A stretch of 64,000 nucleotides of DNA from Antechinus flavipes. Its lineage: Eukaryota. The notes beneath the pieces were generated by a model. It had not been told where the DNA came from. It saw only the letters and a program-made list of their open reading frames with translations, and did not search any database. The position numbers and the translations under genes were made by a program. The stretch is from the NCBI RefSeq assembly GCF_016432865.1, contig NC_067404.1, forward strand, positions 84,692,001-84,756,000. The letters are read 5' to 3'. Below, one piece after another: positions 14,000 through 27,602 of the stretch; the first letter of the stretch is position 1; each line of letters opens with the position of its first letter.

Positions 14000-15436
14000 C
14001 TCTGCCATAGAGTTTGACAAAATAAAAAGGGAAGTACAAAGCTGGGAAAAAATCTTTTCAGCCAGTATTTCTGATAAAGGTCTCATTTCTAAGATGTATA
14101 AAGAACTGTGTCAAATGTATAAGAATGCAAGTCATTCTCCAGTTGATAAAAGGTCAAAGGATATGGACAGACAATTTTCAGATGAGGAAATTAAAGCCAT
14201 TTCTAGTTACATGAAAAAATGCTCTAAATAATATTGATTAGAGAAATGCAAATTAAAACAACTCGAAGTCCACCTCATACCTTTCAGATTGACTAGGATG
14301 ACAGGAAAAGATAATGACAAATGTTGGAGGGGATGTAGGAAAACTGGGACACTGATGCACTTTTTTTTTGTTTTTTTTTGTTTTGTTTTTTGTTTTTTTA
14401 AATTTTTTATTTAATAATTACTTTATATTGACACTCGTTTCTGTTCCGATTTTTTTTCCCCTCCCTCCCTCCACCCCCTCCCCTAGATGGCAAGCAGTCC
14501 TTTATATGTTGGATATGTTGCAGTATATCCTAGATACAATATATGTTTGCAGAACCGAACAGTTCTCTTGTTGCTTAGGGAGAATTGGATTCAGAAGGTA
14601 TAAATAACCCGGGAAGAAAAACAAAAATGCAGATAGTTTACATTCGTTTCCCAGTGTTCTTTCTTTGGGTGTAGCTGCTTTTGTCCGTCATTTATCAATT
14701 GAAACTCAGGTCTCTTTGTCAAAGAAATCCACTTCCATCAAAATATGTCCTCATACAACATCGTTGTTGAAGTGTATAATGATCTCCTGGTTCTGCTCAT
14801 TTCACTTAGCAACTGATGCACTGTTGGTGGAGTTATGAAGTGATCCAAGCATTTTGGAGAACAATCTGGAACTATGCCCAAAAGACTATCAAAATGTGTA
14901 TACCCTTTGACTCAGCAGTGCCATTACTGGGTCTGTATCCCAAGGAAATCTAAAGGAGGGAAAAGACCCACATGTGCAAAAGTGTTTGAAGCAGCTCTTT
15001 TGGTGGTAGCAAAGAATTGGGAAATGAGTGATTCATCAATTGAGAAATGGCTGAACAAACTGTGGTACGAGAAGGTAATAGAATATTACTGTTCTATAAA
15101 AAATAATGAACAAGCTGATTTTAGAAAGGCCTGAAGAGATTTACATGAACTGAGTGAAATGAGCAGAACCATTGTATAGAGTAACAGCAAGAATATGTGA
15201 TGATCAACCATGAAAGACAAGGTTCCTCTCAGGGGTTCGGTGATCTGAAGCAATCCCGATAGATTTTGGACAGAAAATGCCATCTGCATCCAGAAAAAGA
15301 ATTAAAGAGACTGAAGGTAAATCAAGACATGCTATGTTCACTTCTTTTTTTCTGTTTTTTTTTTAAATCTCTCTCATGGTTTTTCCCTTTGGCTCTGATT
15401 TTTCTCTCCCAACAAGATTCATAAAGTAATGTGTAT
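14000..15436 (+). mobile_element. LINE-1 ORF2 3' end and 3'UTR, host to a younger L1 and a SINE
   Basis: WEKIFSASISDKGLISKMYKEL...RQFSDEEIKAI and downstream ORF2 C-terminal motifs. Confidence 0.85.
14351..14822 (-). mobile_element. Young 5'-truncated LINE-1 inserted into an older L1
   Basis: Poly(T) tail from ~14361; TSD ACTGATGCACT at 14351-14361 and 14812-14822. Confidence 0.85.
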
Positions 15437-15640
15437 GGGGCATTTGGGTGACACAGTGGATAGAGCACCAGCCCTGAAGTCAGGATGACCTGAGTTCAAG
15501 TTTGGTCTCAGACACTTAACACTTTCCTAGTTGTGTGACCCTGGGAAAGTACTTAATCCTAATTGATTGCCCCGGCAAAAAAATAAACAAATAAATAAAT
15601 GAATGAATGGATGGATGGATGGATGGATAGATAGACAAAA
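15437..15640 (+). mobile_element. WSINE1-type SINE with a microsatellite-converted tail
   Basis: tRNA head and CORE; TSD TAATGTGTAT at 15427-15436 and 15641-15650. Confidence 0.85.
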
Positions 15641-15719
15641 TAATGTGTATTCATGTGTAAAAAAAAATTAAAAACAAATAAATTTACTTCAATAGAGTTT
15701 GAATGTTCAGCACTTTAGT

Positions 15720-16900
15720 TTGAGAGAGGACCTCAGTGTCTGCTATTGTATCCTGCCAGAAGATTTTTAGAATCTTCCCAAGATAATTCAAACGGAAGCA
15801 ATTCAGTTTCCCGGCCTGGCTCCAGTACATTGTCTAGGTTTCACAGGCATACAACCATAAGATCAGCTCAATGGCTCTGTAGACCTTCAGTTTGGTGGGC
15901 CATCTAATACCTCTTCTCTCCCACACTTTCCTTCAGAATTTCCCAAATATTGACCTTGCTGTGGCAATACATGCGTCAACCTCATCATCTATATGTATGT
16001 CCCTGCAAAGAACACTGTCAAGGTAAGTGAACTTATCCACAGCATTTAAAATTTCTCTAGTTGCTATGGCTGATAGTTCCACATACAGACAGTGTGGTGC
16101 TGGCTGTTGGATAATCCCTGTATTCTCAATATCGTTAGACCAAAATGAGTCCAAGCAGCAGAGAATTGATCCATACTCTGTTGCATCTCAAGCTCAGAGG
16201 CTACAGGAAGTGTGCAATCGTCTATGAACAAAAAGTCATATACCAACTCTTCTCCACTTTGGTCTTAGCTTATAGACTTTTCAAGGTAAATGTATTGCCC
16301 ATCGGTGTGGTAAATGACCTTGGTGCCATTTTCAACCTCACTGAAAGTGTCAACAATGTGATGGAAAACATCATGCTAAAAAGCATGAGAGCATACTCAT
16401 CGCCCCGCTTCACTCCATCGGTGACCCGGAAAGCTCAAGAGCACTATCCCTCATCTGGAACCCAGGCAAGCGGGCCATTGGGAAATCAACATACAATACT
16501 TTGGAACTTCTCCCGGCACACAGATTTTGCCATAATTGTCTTAGGGCTGACAGTATCAAAGATCAACTAACATTGCGTACGGACTTCCATTGGACTCCTG
16601 GCATTTCTCCTAGAGTTGTCAAGCAATAAACACCATATTAACCATTCTCTTGGCCCTTTTGGAAGCAACAAGGGCTTTTAGGTAGATAACGATTTTCCAG
16701 ATGAACTCTGGCAAGCATCTCGGCAGCAGTGACCGAAAGAGACTACTCCGTGATTGTCACAGGACAATGGAGGTACCCTTGAACTCCTGGGGGATAACTT
16801 ACTCTTGTCATATAACCTGGAAATTTTCATTCAGCTTTTGTATGAGCAGCAGACCCTTTACCTTGTAAATCTCAGATGGAACAGTTGAGATAAGAACCAC
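15720..16900 (-). mobile_element. RTE-clade LINE reverse transcriptase fragment
   Basis: YDFLFIDDCTL...EMQQSMDQFSAAWTHFGLTI and VDKFTYLDSVL...DDEVDACIATARSIFGK are RTE RT motifs, frameshifted. Confidence 0.85.
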
Positions 16901-16939
16901 AGAAACACACACACACACACATACTTTTACAAGAGAAAG

Positions 16940-17330
16940 AGCAATTCTTCAACAATGAGATGATCCAAACCAGTTCCAGTTGTTCAGTAAAGAAGAGAAT
17001 CATCTATACCCAGAGAGAGGACTATGGGAAATGGGTGTGGACCAAAATATAGCATTTCCATTCTTTTTGTTATTGTTTGCTTGCATTTTTGTTTTCCTTC
17101 TCAGGTTATTTTTACCTTCTTTCTAGATCAGATCTTTCTCATGCAGCAAGATAACTGTATAAATATGTATACATATATTGTATTTAACATGCCCTGGACT
17201 ACCTGTCATCTAGGGGAGGGGATGGGGGGAAGGAGGGGAAAAGTTGGAACAGAAAGTTTTACAAGGATCAATGTTGAAAAATTACCCATGCATATGTTTT
17301 GTAAATTAAAAACTATAATGAAAAAGAGAG
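16940..17330 (+). mobile_element. LINE-1 3'UTR fragment
   Basis: Same 3'UTR sequence as other L1 copies in the window (e.g. 3540-3920). Confidence 0.8.
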
Positions 17331-17504
17331 ACAACGAGCAAGCAAACAACAGCAACCAAAAAAAAAAAAAAAAGATGAAAATACTATGTTGTGATACACA
17401 TTCAGTCCCTATAGTCCTTGCTCTGAGGGAGCTAAGACAAGAATCCTTGACCTTTTTCATGGCCCAGACCTCTTTTAGCAGGCTGGTGAAGTCTGTGATC
17501 TTCT

Positions 17505-17890
17505 CAGAAGGTTATTTTTTTATTTTTTTAATAACTTTTTATTGGCAGTACATATGCATGGATAATTTTTTACAACATTATCCCTTGCACTCATTTCTGT
17601 TCTGACTTTTCCCTTCCCTCCTTCCACCTTCTCCCCTAGATGGCAGGCAGTCTTATACATGTTAAATATGTTATAGTATATCTTAGATACAATATATGTG
17701 TGTGGAACCAAACAGTTCTCTTGTTGCACAGGGAGAATTGGATTCAGAAGGTAAAAATAACCTGAGAAGCAAAACAAAAAATGCAAACGGTTCACACTCA
17801 TTTCCCAGTGTTCCTTCTCTGGGTGTAGCTGCTTCTGTCCCTCATTGATCAACTGGAACTGAATTAGATCTTCAGAAGCTTATTTTTAAA
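17505..17890 (-). mobile_element. 5'-truncated LINE-1 3' end
   Basis: Same subfamily sequence as 9.1, 14.4 and 61.8 kb; imperfect TSD TCAGAAG(G/C)TTATTTTT. Confidence 0.8.
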
Positions 17891-18614
17891 TGAGTAGAAG
17901 TGCACTGAGCCTAGAGTTAGGAAGGGCTGAATTTATATCCAGTTTCAGACACTTACTAGCTCTATAACTCTAGGCAAGTCATTACACCGCCATCTGCCTC
18001 GGTTTCTTCACTTATAAAATGGGAATAGGAGCAACACCTACTCCGAAGGGTTGTTGTAAGGACTAAATTAAATGATATTTGATTTTTAAAAAAAACACTT
18101 ATGTTTTCTTGCATTTTGTTTCCTTTCTCACTTTTTTCCTTTTTGATCTGGTTTTTCTTGCAGCACAAAAATTGTAGAAACATGTATAAAAGAATTGCAC
18201 ATGTTTAACATATACTGGATTACTAGTCATCTAGAGGAGAGGTGGGGGGAAGGAGGGGAAGTCTGGAACATAAGATTCTATTATAGCTTTTTATTGACAG
18301 GAAATATGCATGGGTAATTTTTCAACATTGACAAGAAAAATCAGATTTCGAAAGAAGGTAAAAATAACCTGGGAAGAAAAACAAAAATGCAAAAATGCAA
18401 GAAAAACAAAAATTTCCCAGGAACACAAGGTTTTGCAAGGGTCAATGGTGAAAAAATTATCCATGCATATGTTTTGAAAATAAAAAACTTTAATACATTT
18501 TTAAAGTTTTTCCACACATCAAAAACAACAACCAAAAAACACTTAACATAATCCCTGACACATATATATCTTTATTCCCTACTCCATTCATTTTTATTCT
18601 CAGTATTTTGGCAG

Positions 18615-18850
18615 TTAGGGAGTACTGCAGTGAATAGAGTGGGGAGCCTGGAATCAGGGAGACCTGAGTTCAAATCGAGCCCCAGATCCTCACTAGCTGT
18701 ATGACCCTAGCCAAGTGACTTCACCCTGTTTGCTTCTGTTTCCTTATCTAGAAAATGAGGTGAGAAAGAAATGGAAAAGTGCTCCAGTATCTTTGCCCAG
18801 AAAACCAAGTGGGGTCAAGAGTTGGACACAACTGAAAATGAGTAAAGCAC
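18615..18850 (+). mobile_element. MAR1-type CORE-SINE with RTE-derived tail
   Basis: tRNA head, CORE (tttccttatctagaaaatgag) and tail (ccagtatctttgcccagaaaacc...gttggacacaactgaa). Confidence 0.8.
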
Positions 18851-19004
18851 AACATTCCCAGCCACTACATGGTAGGTACTTAACGGTGGCTTCTCTTTGT
18901 TTCTGTCTCTGTCATTGTCTTTGTCTCTCTTTTCTATCTCAGACTCAGCAGATAAACAATGATCTGGGTCTAGAATTGAAGGAGACTCTTGGAGAACTGT
19001 GTGT

Positions 19005-19008
19005 GTAT

Positions 19009-19049
<41 letters not shown>

Positions 19050-19058
19050 TGTGTGTGT
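19005..19058 (+). repeat. (TG)n microsatellite
   Basis: Seen directly in the sequence. Confidence 0.9.
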
Positions 19059-19404
19059 ATCTGTGGTTCTCATCTCAACTATTCCAGCTGAGATTTACAA
19101 GGCAAGGGGTCAGTGTTATGTTCAATTTTTTTTTAAACATCTCAAGCACTATAGAAATTTGAAGTCGTATTTTTACTGCTATTGGTAAGGATTTCTCTCT
19201 TCAACTTGGACTCATTGTTGGATCTTCTCCATGACTGTGAAAAAAACACTTTGATGAGTAGTTCAATCTCACTCTTATTCCTTTATCACTTGCTCTGCCT
19301 GAGACAGACACGAGATGGGCCCCAAATTGCCCACGTGTCTTTCTGGCTAACAGGCAATCCTTTGACCACACTTTGAAAGGCAGAAGATGGCAAAGCCCTT
19401 AAAC

Positions 19405-19551
19405 ATTTTTTTTTTGCTGAGGCAATTGGGGTTAAGTGACTTGCCCAGGGCCACACAGCCAGGAAGCGTTAAGTGTCTGAGGCCAGATTTGAACTCAGGT
19501 CCCCCTGACTTCAGGGCTGGTGCTCTATTCACTGTGCCCCCTAGCTGCCCC
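19405..19551 (-). mobile_element. WSINE1-type SINE
   Basis: Near-identical to 4455-4600. Confidence 0.9.
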
Positions 19552-19914
19552 ATTCCATTAACATTTTCAAAGGATATTTGTCAATTTCCCAAATCCCATC
19601 AGCACTCTCCTGCTTGCAAACTAGTACTCGAATATCCTCATGGGCTCTATGTGAGAAGATCCCTCAGTAGCTTTCATTGCTTGCCTTCTCTCCATCCCCT
19701 GGCCCAGTTCTCCTTCTGTGTCCAAAATTCTGAGCCAGACACTCATCTTGCCCACATGTGGATAACGGTTTTAGGCACACCTTCACTACTGGAGACAAAA
19801 GCCCTAGGAAGTAAAAGGTTTGGGCACCAAGTGGTCTAAGATGAGAAGATGACCAGAACCTAAAGGATGGACACAAAACTTTAGGATGATGAATAGCCTG
19901 AGGCAAGGGTCCCA

Positions 19915-20105
19915 CTTTGCCATCCTCTATCCCTCCTTGCCTCCATCCTCACCTCCCTCCCTCCTCGCCTATTTGCTTTCCTCCTCACTTCCATCCCTCC
20001 TTGCCTCCTTCCTCACCTCCATCCCTGTATCCCTCCCTGCTTCCATCCCTCCTAAGCTCCATGCTTGCCTCCATCTTTACCTACATCCCTCCCTGCATCC
20101 TTCTC
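19915..20105 (+). repeat. CT-rich (CCTC/CCAT) low-complexity tract
   Basis: Seen directly in the sequence. Confidence 0.8.
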
Positions 20106-21279
20106 CGTTCTGAGTGAGTCCATCACACTTTCTCAGCCGGAGTTTCTCCTTCTGCCACTTTTACAGGTGTCCCATTTGAGGTTCATTTCTCCCGGCTCTG
20201 AGGGTTGATGGGTATGAAAGCCGGTCCAAGTCACTAAGTAAGTGGATCTTCTTGGCCTTGGCTCCAGATTCTGGCAGACTAGGGTGAAGTTCCTCCATCA
20301 GCAAGAGGGCTGTTCCCATCTCTTTCTAGCTTACTCAAAATGGAATGTCTCTTATCAAGCAAGATTCATTCTTTCAACAAGCTGTTTGAGCTCAAGGTTT
20401 TCCAAGTAATTGCTTTGAAGGATAGGTCTATGTGTGGTAAAGAGGAAAGAGATTTCCCAGGGGGCATTTCCAGTTCTTTCTGCTTCCAAAAGTTCCACCC
20501 TGAGACACTGATAAGTGCCCTACGGTCCCCTTGCTAACAAGCCCTGTGGGGGGAATGGGCGTCCCTTAATTAATGAGTGCTCATTAGCAAGGCTTCTGGG
20601 AGTAATCCTAAGGAGGACAGAGCCCTGGGACAGAGATGGTCTCTTTCCATCATTTCTGTCTCTTCTACTTTATAAACACTTCAGCTGGGATGACCCCGTC
20701 CGAGAAGCCCCAATCTGGTGCCTGGAGCCTAGAACGCAGAACCTGGTGAGTACCCATCTCGCAACCTCTTCCCTTCGCTCCATAAGAACAAGCAAAACCT
20801 CAGAACTGGGAAGGATATTTCCCATTGTTTCCAAGGAAGGAAACTGAGGCACCGAGAACAAAAAAGATCTCAGGATCACAGAGTGAGTCAGAGGTAAACC
20901 TAAGATCCAAAGCCAGGTATTTTTCTCTCAATTCTACCCTAAATGTCTTTCTTTATCGGCTCATGGCAGATTATTGAGCCACAGAAGGGAGAATTGTAGA
21001 GCTGGAATGGACCTTTGAGTCAAGCTGGGGGAATCTAACCCCCTCATTTTGCAGGTGAGGAAACTGAGGTGAAGTGATTTGTTCGAGGTCATATAGTCAT
21101 TAATTGGGAAAGACAGAGGCGCTTCCCTTTTTTGAGTCATGGATCCCTTTAGCAGTTTGGTGAAACCTACAGAATAACCTGTATCTTAACCTTCCCACAA
21201 TGATAATATCTAATACCGAAAGCAAAATACATCGGATTACAAAAGAATCCAAAGGTTAATCAAAATAAAGCTATCAAAG

Positions 21280-22030
21280 ATGGTGGCTAAGGGACAGCTG
21301 AGCCCTCGCAAAATTCCCTTCCTAGCAACTTTAACATAACACCTCAAACCAAATTTGGGAGCAACAGAAGCGACAAAAGATCAGGGGAGATGGTCTTCCT
21401 GCCTAAGAGAACCGAAGAGGGAGACCTGTCAGGGTTCCACACCCAAGGCAGCACCAACAGCAGCAGCAGGGGGGATGGCAGCTCTGGGAGCTTTCAGGCC
21501 AGAGACGGGAAGGGTGAGTCAGACAACTGGTGAGAAAGAGATCCCAGGGGCCCTTTTGCTGGCACTGGGTACAACTGGCTTGCCTGTATGAAGTTCTGAG
21601 TCACGGTTCCAAGGAAAGAGGGCACTAGCAGATGCTCAGAATTGAGGTCCTTCGTGGATAACTACAGAGACCAGGAGAGCAGTGACAATACCTCTCTCCA
21701 GATCATACCACTCTGGAAGCACTGAGAGAGAACTCAGACTCCCAGAACTAGCTCTGAAAACACAAGCATGAAAAAGCCTAAAGCTTGGGACAGGGCCTTC
21801 CCACCCCTGGGTGAACAAACTTTAACTTCAACATAAAGTTCAAAAAATGTGTTTAAAATTGAAAAAAACATCAAGTTCAACTCAAACATAAAGGTCAAAG
21901 CCAAAATCATAGTCATAGGCTGGAAAACTGAGCAAGCGACAACAACAAAAGAATTTGACCATCAAAAGCTACCACATTGATAGGGAAGAGAAGATATAAA
22001 CTCAAAAGACAACAATGTGAAATCAAAAGT
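21280..22030 (+). mobile_element. LINE-1 5'UTR / start of ORF1, decayed
   Basis: GATGGTGGCTAAG-type start and similarity to the 5' region at 5.2-5.7 kb (e.g. atcatagtcataggctggaaa). Confidence 0.55.
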
Positions 22031-22799
22031 CTCACTGATTATAAAAATGTCCCTGATGGGTAACTGGGGGAGGGAGGGGAATAAAATGCTATTTAAAAAA
22101 ATTTTAAGAACAGGAACTGGGAAAGAAAAGAAAAGAAAAAATAAGATGTCTTATCCAATCTCTCCATGACCTCCCACATTGAGAATCCTTGGTTTAAGGG
22201 TTCTATTCAAACTCAGGTCTCCTGCCTCCAAGGTCAGCGCTCTAGCCATTATGCTATGGTACCTCTCAAAAGATCAGGAGAAGGCTTCAGTCTTGAAATT
22301 CCAGGTTCCCCCGGTAGAGTCCCACCGCCCAGCCTGGTCCAGCTTCGGTGAATTAGTCACTGTTTGCAGGGTCTGGGGCTGCTGGTATACAAAACTAACA
22401 AAATATTGTCCGGGAGACTAAGTAAAAAACGCAAGACTCTTGTGGGGAGAGGGGGCCTGTGCAATGGAGGAAGGGATAGAGAGAGACAGTGTGGAAAGAA
22501 TAGGAGAAAAGGGAGTTTGGTCTAGGGAGGCACCAGGAATAACCCCTTTGTGCCCTTAGTGATGGGGAAGAAACTCAGAGGCAGGAAAAGAAAAAAGGGC
22601 TAGAAAATGAAGAGAGATAAGAGAAGCGAGAGAGGAAGAAGAGAAGAGAGAGAAACAAAAGAGTGAAAAGAAGAGAGAAAAAGAGCTAAAGATAAAGGTG
22701 AGAGGGTAAGGAGAGAAGAAAAGAAGAGAGACAGACAGAGACAGAGAGAGATAAGAAAGCTAGGAGAGAGAGAGACAGAGAGAAGGGGAGGGTGATCAT

Positions 22800-23400
22800 C
22801 TAGCAGTTTCAATATACAAGACACTAAGCTGGGTGATAAGGATGGAAAGACAAAACTAAGACAGTCCCTTCCCTCAAAGAGACAACTTAGGGACAAACAA
22901 ATCAAAACAAGTTCCTTTGACTTTAGGGCAAAGACTTCCTGTTCAAGGCAGTTCATTAGCTGAGTTTTGAAGAAAGTCAAGCAATCTAGGAGATGAAGAG
23001 AAAGGAGTAGAATTCAAGGTGGAAGAGGGTGAACGTCCAGGCCGGGAAACAGGAAGTAAGCCGCTTTGGCTGTACAAGAATAGCGAAGGGGACTAATGTG
23101 AGAGAAATCTAGCAAAAATAGGAGAGCACAAGTGTGCAGGGCTGACAGCTTGTATGTTCTCCAGGCAAAGGTTGGCCAAAGATCCTTGAACCAAGGACTT
23201 ACATGATCAGACGTGTGCTTTCAGAAGCACATTTTGACAACTCTGAGGAGAAAGTACTTGGAAATTGGGGGACCAGTCAAGAGCCTGCTGCAATAGTTCA
23301 GCTGAAGGGGCGACAGGAACTTGGAAAATGGTAGCTGTGGGAGATAGAAAGGGAGACAGATTGGAGGCAGAACTGAGACGACTTGGCTAATTTAGGAACA
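22800..23400 (-). mobile_element. LINE-2 fragment
   Basis: L2 motifs (acagtcccttccctcaaagag; gattggaggcag...). Confidence 0.6.
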
Positions 23401-24059
23401 AAAAATGAGTGAAGGAAGAGGTTCTGGATTTCCAGAGTCTAGTCATAATGGGCTCTTGGCCAGGGACAGAATGCAGCTTTAAAGGGCTGGGGAAATGTTT
23501 ACCTGAAGTTTGGAAAATCTCACCAAAAGAGCTTTAAATTGAAAAGGAAAAGGAAATAAGGAAACTGGCTCTGGAGAACTACCAAGCTCAGAACCTGGCA
23601 CAGTCGCCATGGAGGAAGAGAGAAACAGAAATGCTTAAAGCGGAGAAATGAGCCAGAAAACAACAACAACTCACCTGGAGCCCGAGCCGTCGGCCCACAG
23701 ATGCACCAAGTATGGGATTTTCGTTCAAGGAGACAAACCGGGATTCCCAAAAGTGGCCGCGACTTGGCAGGAGGAGGACTCATAACTGGGGCATCTGGCT
23801 CTAGGAGGAGGTGCCTACCTTATCTAAAAGGAAGAGAAGAGATCCAAAGAGGGAGAAAGACAGTAGATTGGATATTAAAAAGATACATTTGTGTGAGGAA
23901 TTCTAGAAACCAGATAAAGGGGGGAAACCGACAGAGGGAGAACCAGAAGTCCCAGAACAAAAATGATTAACAAAGGTTAGAAGCAAGATAAGTGAGGAAA
24001 TGTTTTTTTTTTAAGTCCCTGGCCCAGAGGAACAACGTTCTAAGAGAACTGGCAGCCAT

Positions 24060-25560
24060 GACTGCCCAGCCACTGGCGGGGATCCCTGAAAGACCCTGAA
24101 AAGGGGGAGAGGTGCCATGGGACTAGAGGAGGACAAATACAGTACCAATTTCCACAAAGGAAAGGCAGTAAAGGCTGTCAGTGATAGGCTGGTGAGCTTG
24201 ACTTTGCTTCCTGGGAAGATTCTGGAACTGATCGATAAAGAGATGTTTGGTAATGGGAAGCAGTGATTATATAGGACCAGTGTTCAAGAACAGGTCATTC
24301 ATTCCTTTTTTTGGACAGGATTATTAAACGAGTGAAAGCAAACCATGGGATCGTGGGTGGAGAGTGGCCTGGGAGTCAGTAAAACCTGAATTTGAGTGCC
24401 CGATACCACTGGCTGTAGGACCCTGGACAAGTATTCCACACAATTCTCTCAGACTAGAAGTGGCAGAGAGGGTGCTGACTTGCATGAGTAGAGGAATTTT
24501 CCTCATTTAGGAGATTGATAAGTCTAGCACCTATCTCTATCTCCACATAAACAATCAGAGAAACTATATGGCTATGGTTCACTCCCAACTCTAGCAGAGC
24601 CCTAGATAAAGTATTTCATACTATTTTGATGGAGAAGATGGAGAGAGAAGGAATAGACTAACACAGCAACATGGGTTTCCAACAAGCTGTCAGGGTCCAA
24701 TGTCAGAGTGGTAAAACAGCTCCACTGACAAGTCCCAGGGATCTCTGTCTGACCCTATTTCCTAATTTTTTATCAATATCTTGGAGACAGGCTTCCGTAG
24801 TCTGCCTATCAAATGTTCAGATGATCTCCAGCTGGCTTGGGGTCCAAAAGAAGTCTATCATTGAGCCGAGTCTACTAAAGAGAAATTTAATAGGAATAAA
24901 TGTGGTTTCATACATGGGTAAAAAAAAATCAGCTTTTCTAAATATAAGATGGGAGAGGTGTGGTTGGAGAAGTTTGTGGGAAATCAATGTGTGGGTCACA
25001 GTGAATCGCAGGCTTAAGAGTCAATGGTGCGATGTGGCAGCTGCGTTCAAAAGGCACAGGGCTGCTGGGAAGAGGGAGATGGCAAAAAAAAATTAAGAAT
25101 AAAAATAAAAAATAAGTAGAAGGCGATCCCTTGGGCATCTGCCCTCGGCTGATCCCATTTAGAGACCTGGCTTCTCAGCTCCACAGTTGAAGAAGGAGAC
25201 TGATAAGCTATAAGGAGTCCAGAAGAGGGCAACCAGGATGCTGGAGGTCATTGAGTCCTAAGGGCATAAGGGTTACTTGAAGGAACAAGGGATCTTTAGT
25301 CTAGGGAAGGAAGTTCTCCTAAGAGCTATCTGCAAATGTTTGCAAGTCAGCCATGGGGATTAGAGATTGAACTTGTTCACTTTAACTCCAGAGTTGGGGG
25401 AGGGGGGAATTGCCTCAAGAGCTGGCCCACAATGGGGGAGGCTGCCTCAAGAGGGGAGCCCTCCAACTGCTGGGGAGGTTAGAGTGGAAGTTTCTTCTGT
25501 GCATATAGCAGACTAAACAGCAGCTAAAGTCACTTCCAATTCTCAAGTTCCAGGATTCTG
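24060..25560 (+). mobile_element. CR1/L3 LINE fragments (RT region to 3' end), with a MIR inserted at ~24350-24530
   Basis: Degenerate RPVSLTS-PGKI-like (24190-24230) and TSGVPQGSVLGP-like (24725-24755) codons; L3 motif gagtccagaagagggcaaccaggatg. Confidence 0.65.
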
Positions 25561-25740
25561 AATCTTCACTCTAGGTTTCCTGGACAGAAGGAAGATGAGG
25601 GAGGAAAGGTGACAGACATTGATTAAGTACCTCCTACAGTGCCAGGCCCTGTGCTAAGTGCTGGACAAATATGATTTCCTTTGATTCTCCCCCACCCCTG
25701 GTATGATTATGATTGCTATATTGTTGTCTTAAGCTGTGAA

Positions 25741-27602
25741 CATTCCTATTTTTTATCATAGCTTTTTATTTACGATATATGCATGGGTAATTTTTCAACA
25801 TTGACCCTTGCAAAAACTTCTTTTCCAACTTTTCCCCTCCTTCCCCTCACCCCTTCCCCCAGATGGCAGGCAGTCTAATACATGTTAAATATGTTAAAGT
25901 CTATGTTAAATACAATATATGTGTACATATTTGTACAGTTCTCTTGCTGCACAAAAAAGATCAGATTTAGAAAGAAGGTAAAAATAACCTGGGAAGGAAA
26001 ACAAAAATGCAAGCAAACAGTAACAGAAAGAGTGGAAACGCTCTGTTGTTGTCCACATTCATTTCCCATAGTTCTCTCTCTGGGTGTAGCTGATTATCTT
26101 CATTACTAAACAATTGGAACTGATTTGGTTCCTCTCATTGCCAAAGAGAACCACGTCCATCAGAATTGATCCTCTAAAGGCCTCATTTCCCAAATATATA
26201 GAGAATTGACTCTAATTTAGAAGAAATCAAGCCATTCTCCAATGGATAAATGGTAAAAGGATATGAATAGACAATTCTCAGATGAAGAAATTGAAACTAT
26301 TTCTAGCCATATGAAAAGATGTTCCGAGTCATTATTGATCAGACAAATGCCAATTAAGGCAACTCTGAGATACCACTAGTCACCTGTCAGACTGGCTAGA
26401 ATGACAGGGAAAGATAATGCGGAATGTTGGAGGGGATGTGGAAAAACAGAGACACTGATACATTGTGGGTGGAATTGTGGATACATCCAGCCATTCTGGA
26501 GAGCGATTTGGAACTATGCTCAAAAAGTTATCAAACTTTGCTTACCCTTTGATCCAGCGGTGCTACTACTGGGCTTCTATCCCAAAGAGATTTTAAAGGA
26601 GGGAAAGGGACCTGTATGTGCCAGAATGTTTGGGGCAGCCCTCTTTGGAGTGGCCAGAAACTGGAAACTGAATGGATGCCCATCCATTGGAGAATGGCTG
26701 AATAAAGTGTGGTCTATGAATGTTATAGAATATTCTTGTTCTGTAAGAAATGACCAGCAGGAGGATTTCAGAAAGGCCTGGGGAGACTCACAGGAACTGA
26801 TGCTGAGGGAAGTGAGCAGGGCCAGGAGATCACTATATACTTCAACAACAATGCTATATGATCAATTCTGATGAACGTGGCCCTCTTCAACAATGAGATG
26901 AACCAAATCAGTTCCAATAGAGCAGTAATGAACTGAACCAGCTACACCCAGGAAAGGAACTCTGGGGGATGACTATGATCCACTACATAGAATTCCCAAT
27001 CCCTCTATTTTTGCCCATCTGCATTTTGGATTTCCTTCCCAGGCTAATTGGACACTATTTCAGAGTCCGATTCTTTTTGTGCAGCAAAATAACTGTTTGG
27101 ACATGTACACATATATTGTATTTAACCTGACATCTGGGGGAGGGGGAAGGAGGGGAAAAGTTGGAACAAAAGGTCTTGCAATTGTCAATACTGAAAAATT
27201 ACCCATGCAAATAACTTGTAAATAAAAAGCTATAATTAAAAAAAAAAGAATTGATCCTCATATAGTATTGTTGTCTCTGTGTACAATGATCTCCTGGTCC
27301 TGCTCACTTCCCTCAGCATCAGTTCCTGTCAGTCTCTCCCAGCCTCTCTGTATTCCTCCTGCTGGTCATTTCTTACAGAACAATAATATTCCATAACATT
27401 CATAGACCACAATTTATTCAGCCATTCTCCAATGGATGGGTATCCATTCAGTTTCCAGTTTCTGGCCACTACAAACAGGGCCGCCCCAAACATTCTTGCA
27501 CTTTCCCTTTCTTTAGGATCCTTTTCCCTTCTTTAGGATCTCTTTGGGATAGAAGCCCAGTAGTAACACTGCTGGATCAAAGGGTATGATCATTCCTATT
27601 TT
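25741..27602 (-). mobile_element. LINE-1 3' fragment (outer element of a nest) with 12-bp TSD
   Basis: TSD CATTCCTATTTT at 25741-25752 and 27591-27602. Minus-strand L1 sequence continues seamlessly across the inner insertion. Confidence 0.8.
26175..27246 (+). mobile_element. LINE-1 3' end (ORF2 C-terminus, 3'UTR, polyA) inserted into another L1
   Basis: ORF 26401-26871 (CWRGCGKTETLIHC...FDPAVLLLGFYPKEI); TSD AGAATTGATCCTC at 26162-26174 and 27247-27259. Confidence 0.9.

Noticed and set aside
16145-16570. 141-aa plus-strand ORF
   Set aside because: Antisense of the decayed RTE reverse transcriptase.
21125-21280. Possible ancient hAT-type DNA transposon remnant
   Set aside because: The resemblance is from memory only; no terminal inverted repeats or TSD could be identified, so it is not listed as a feature.
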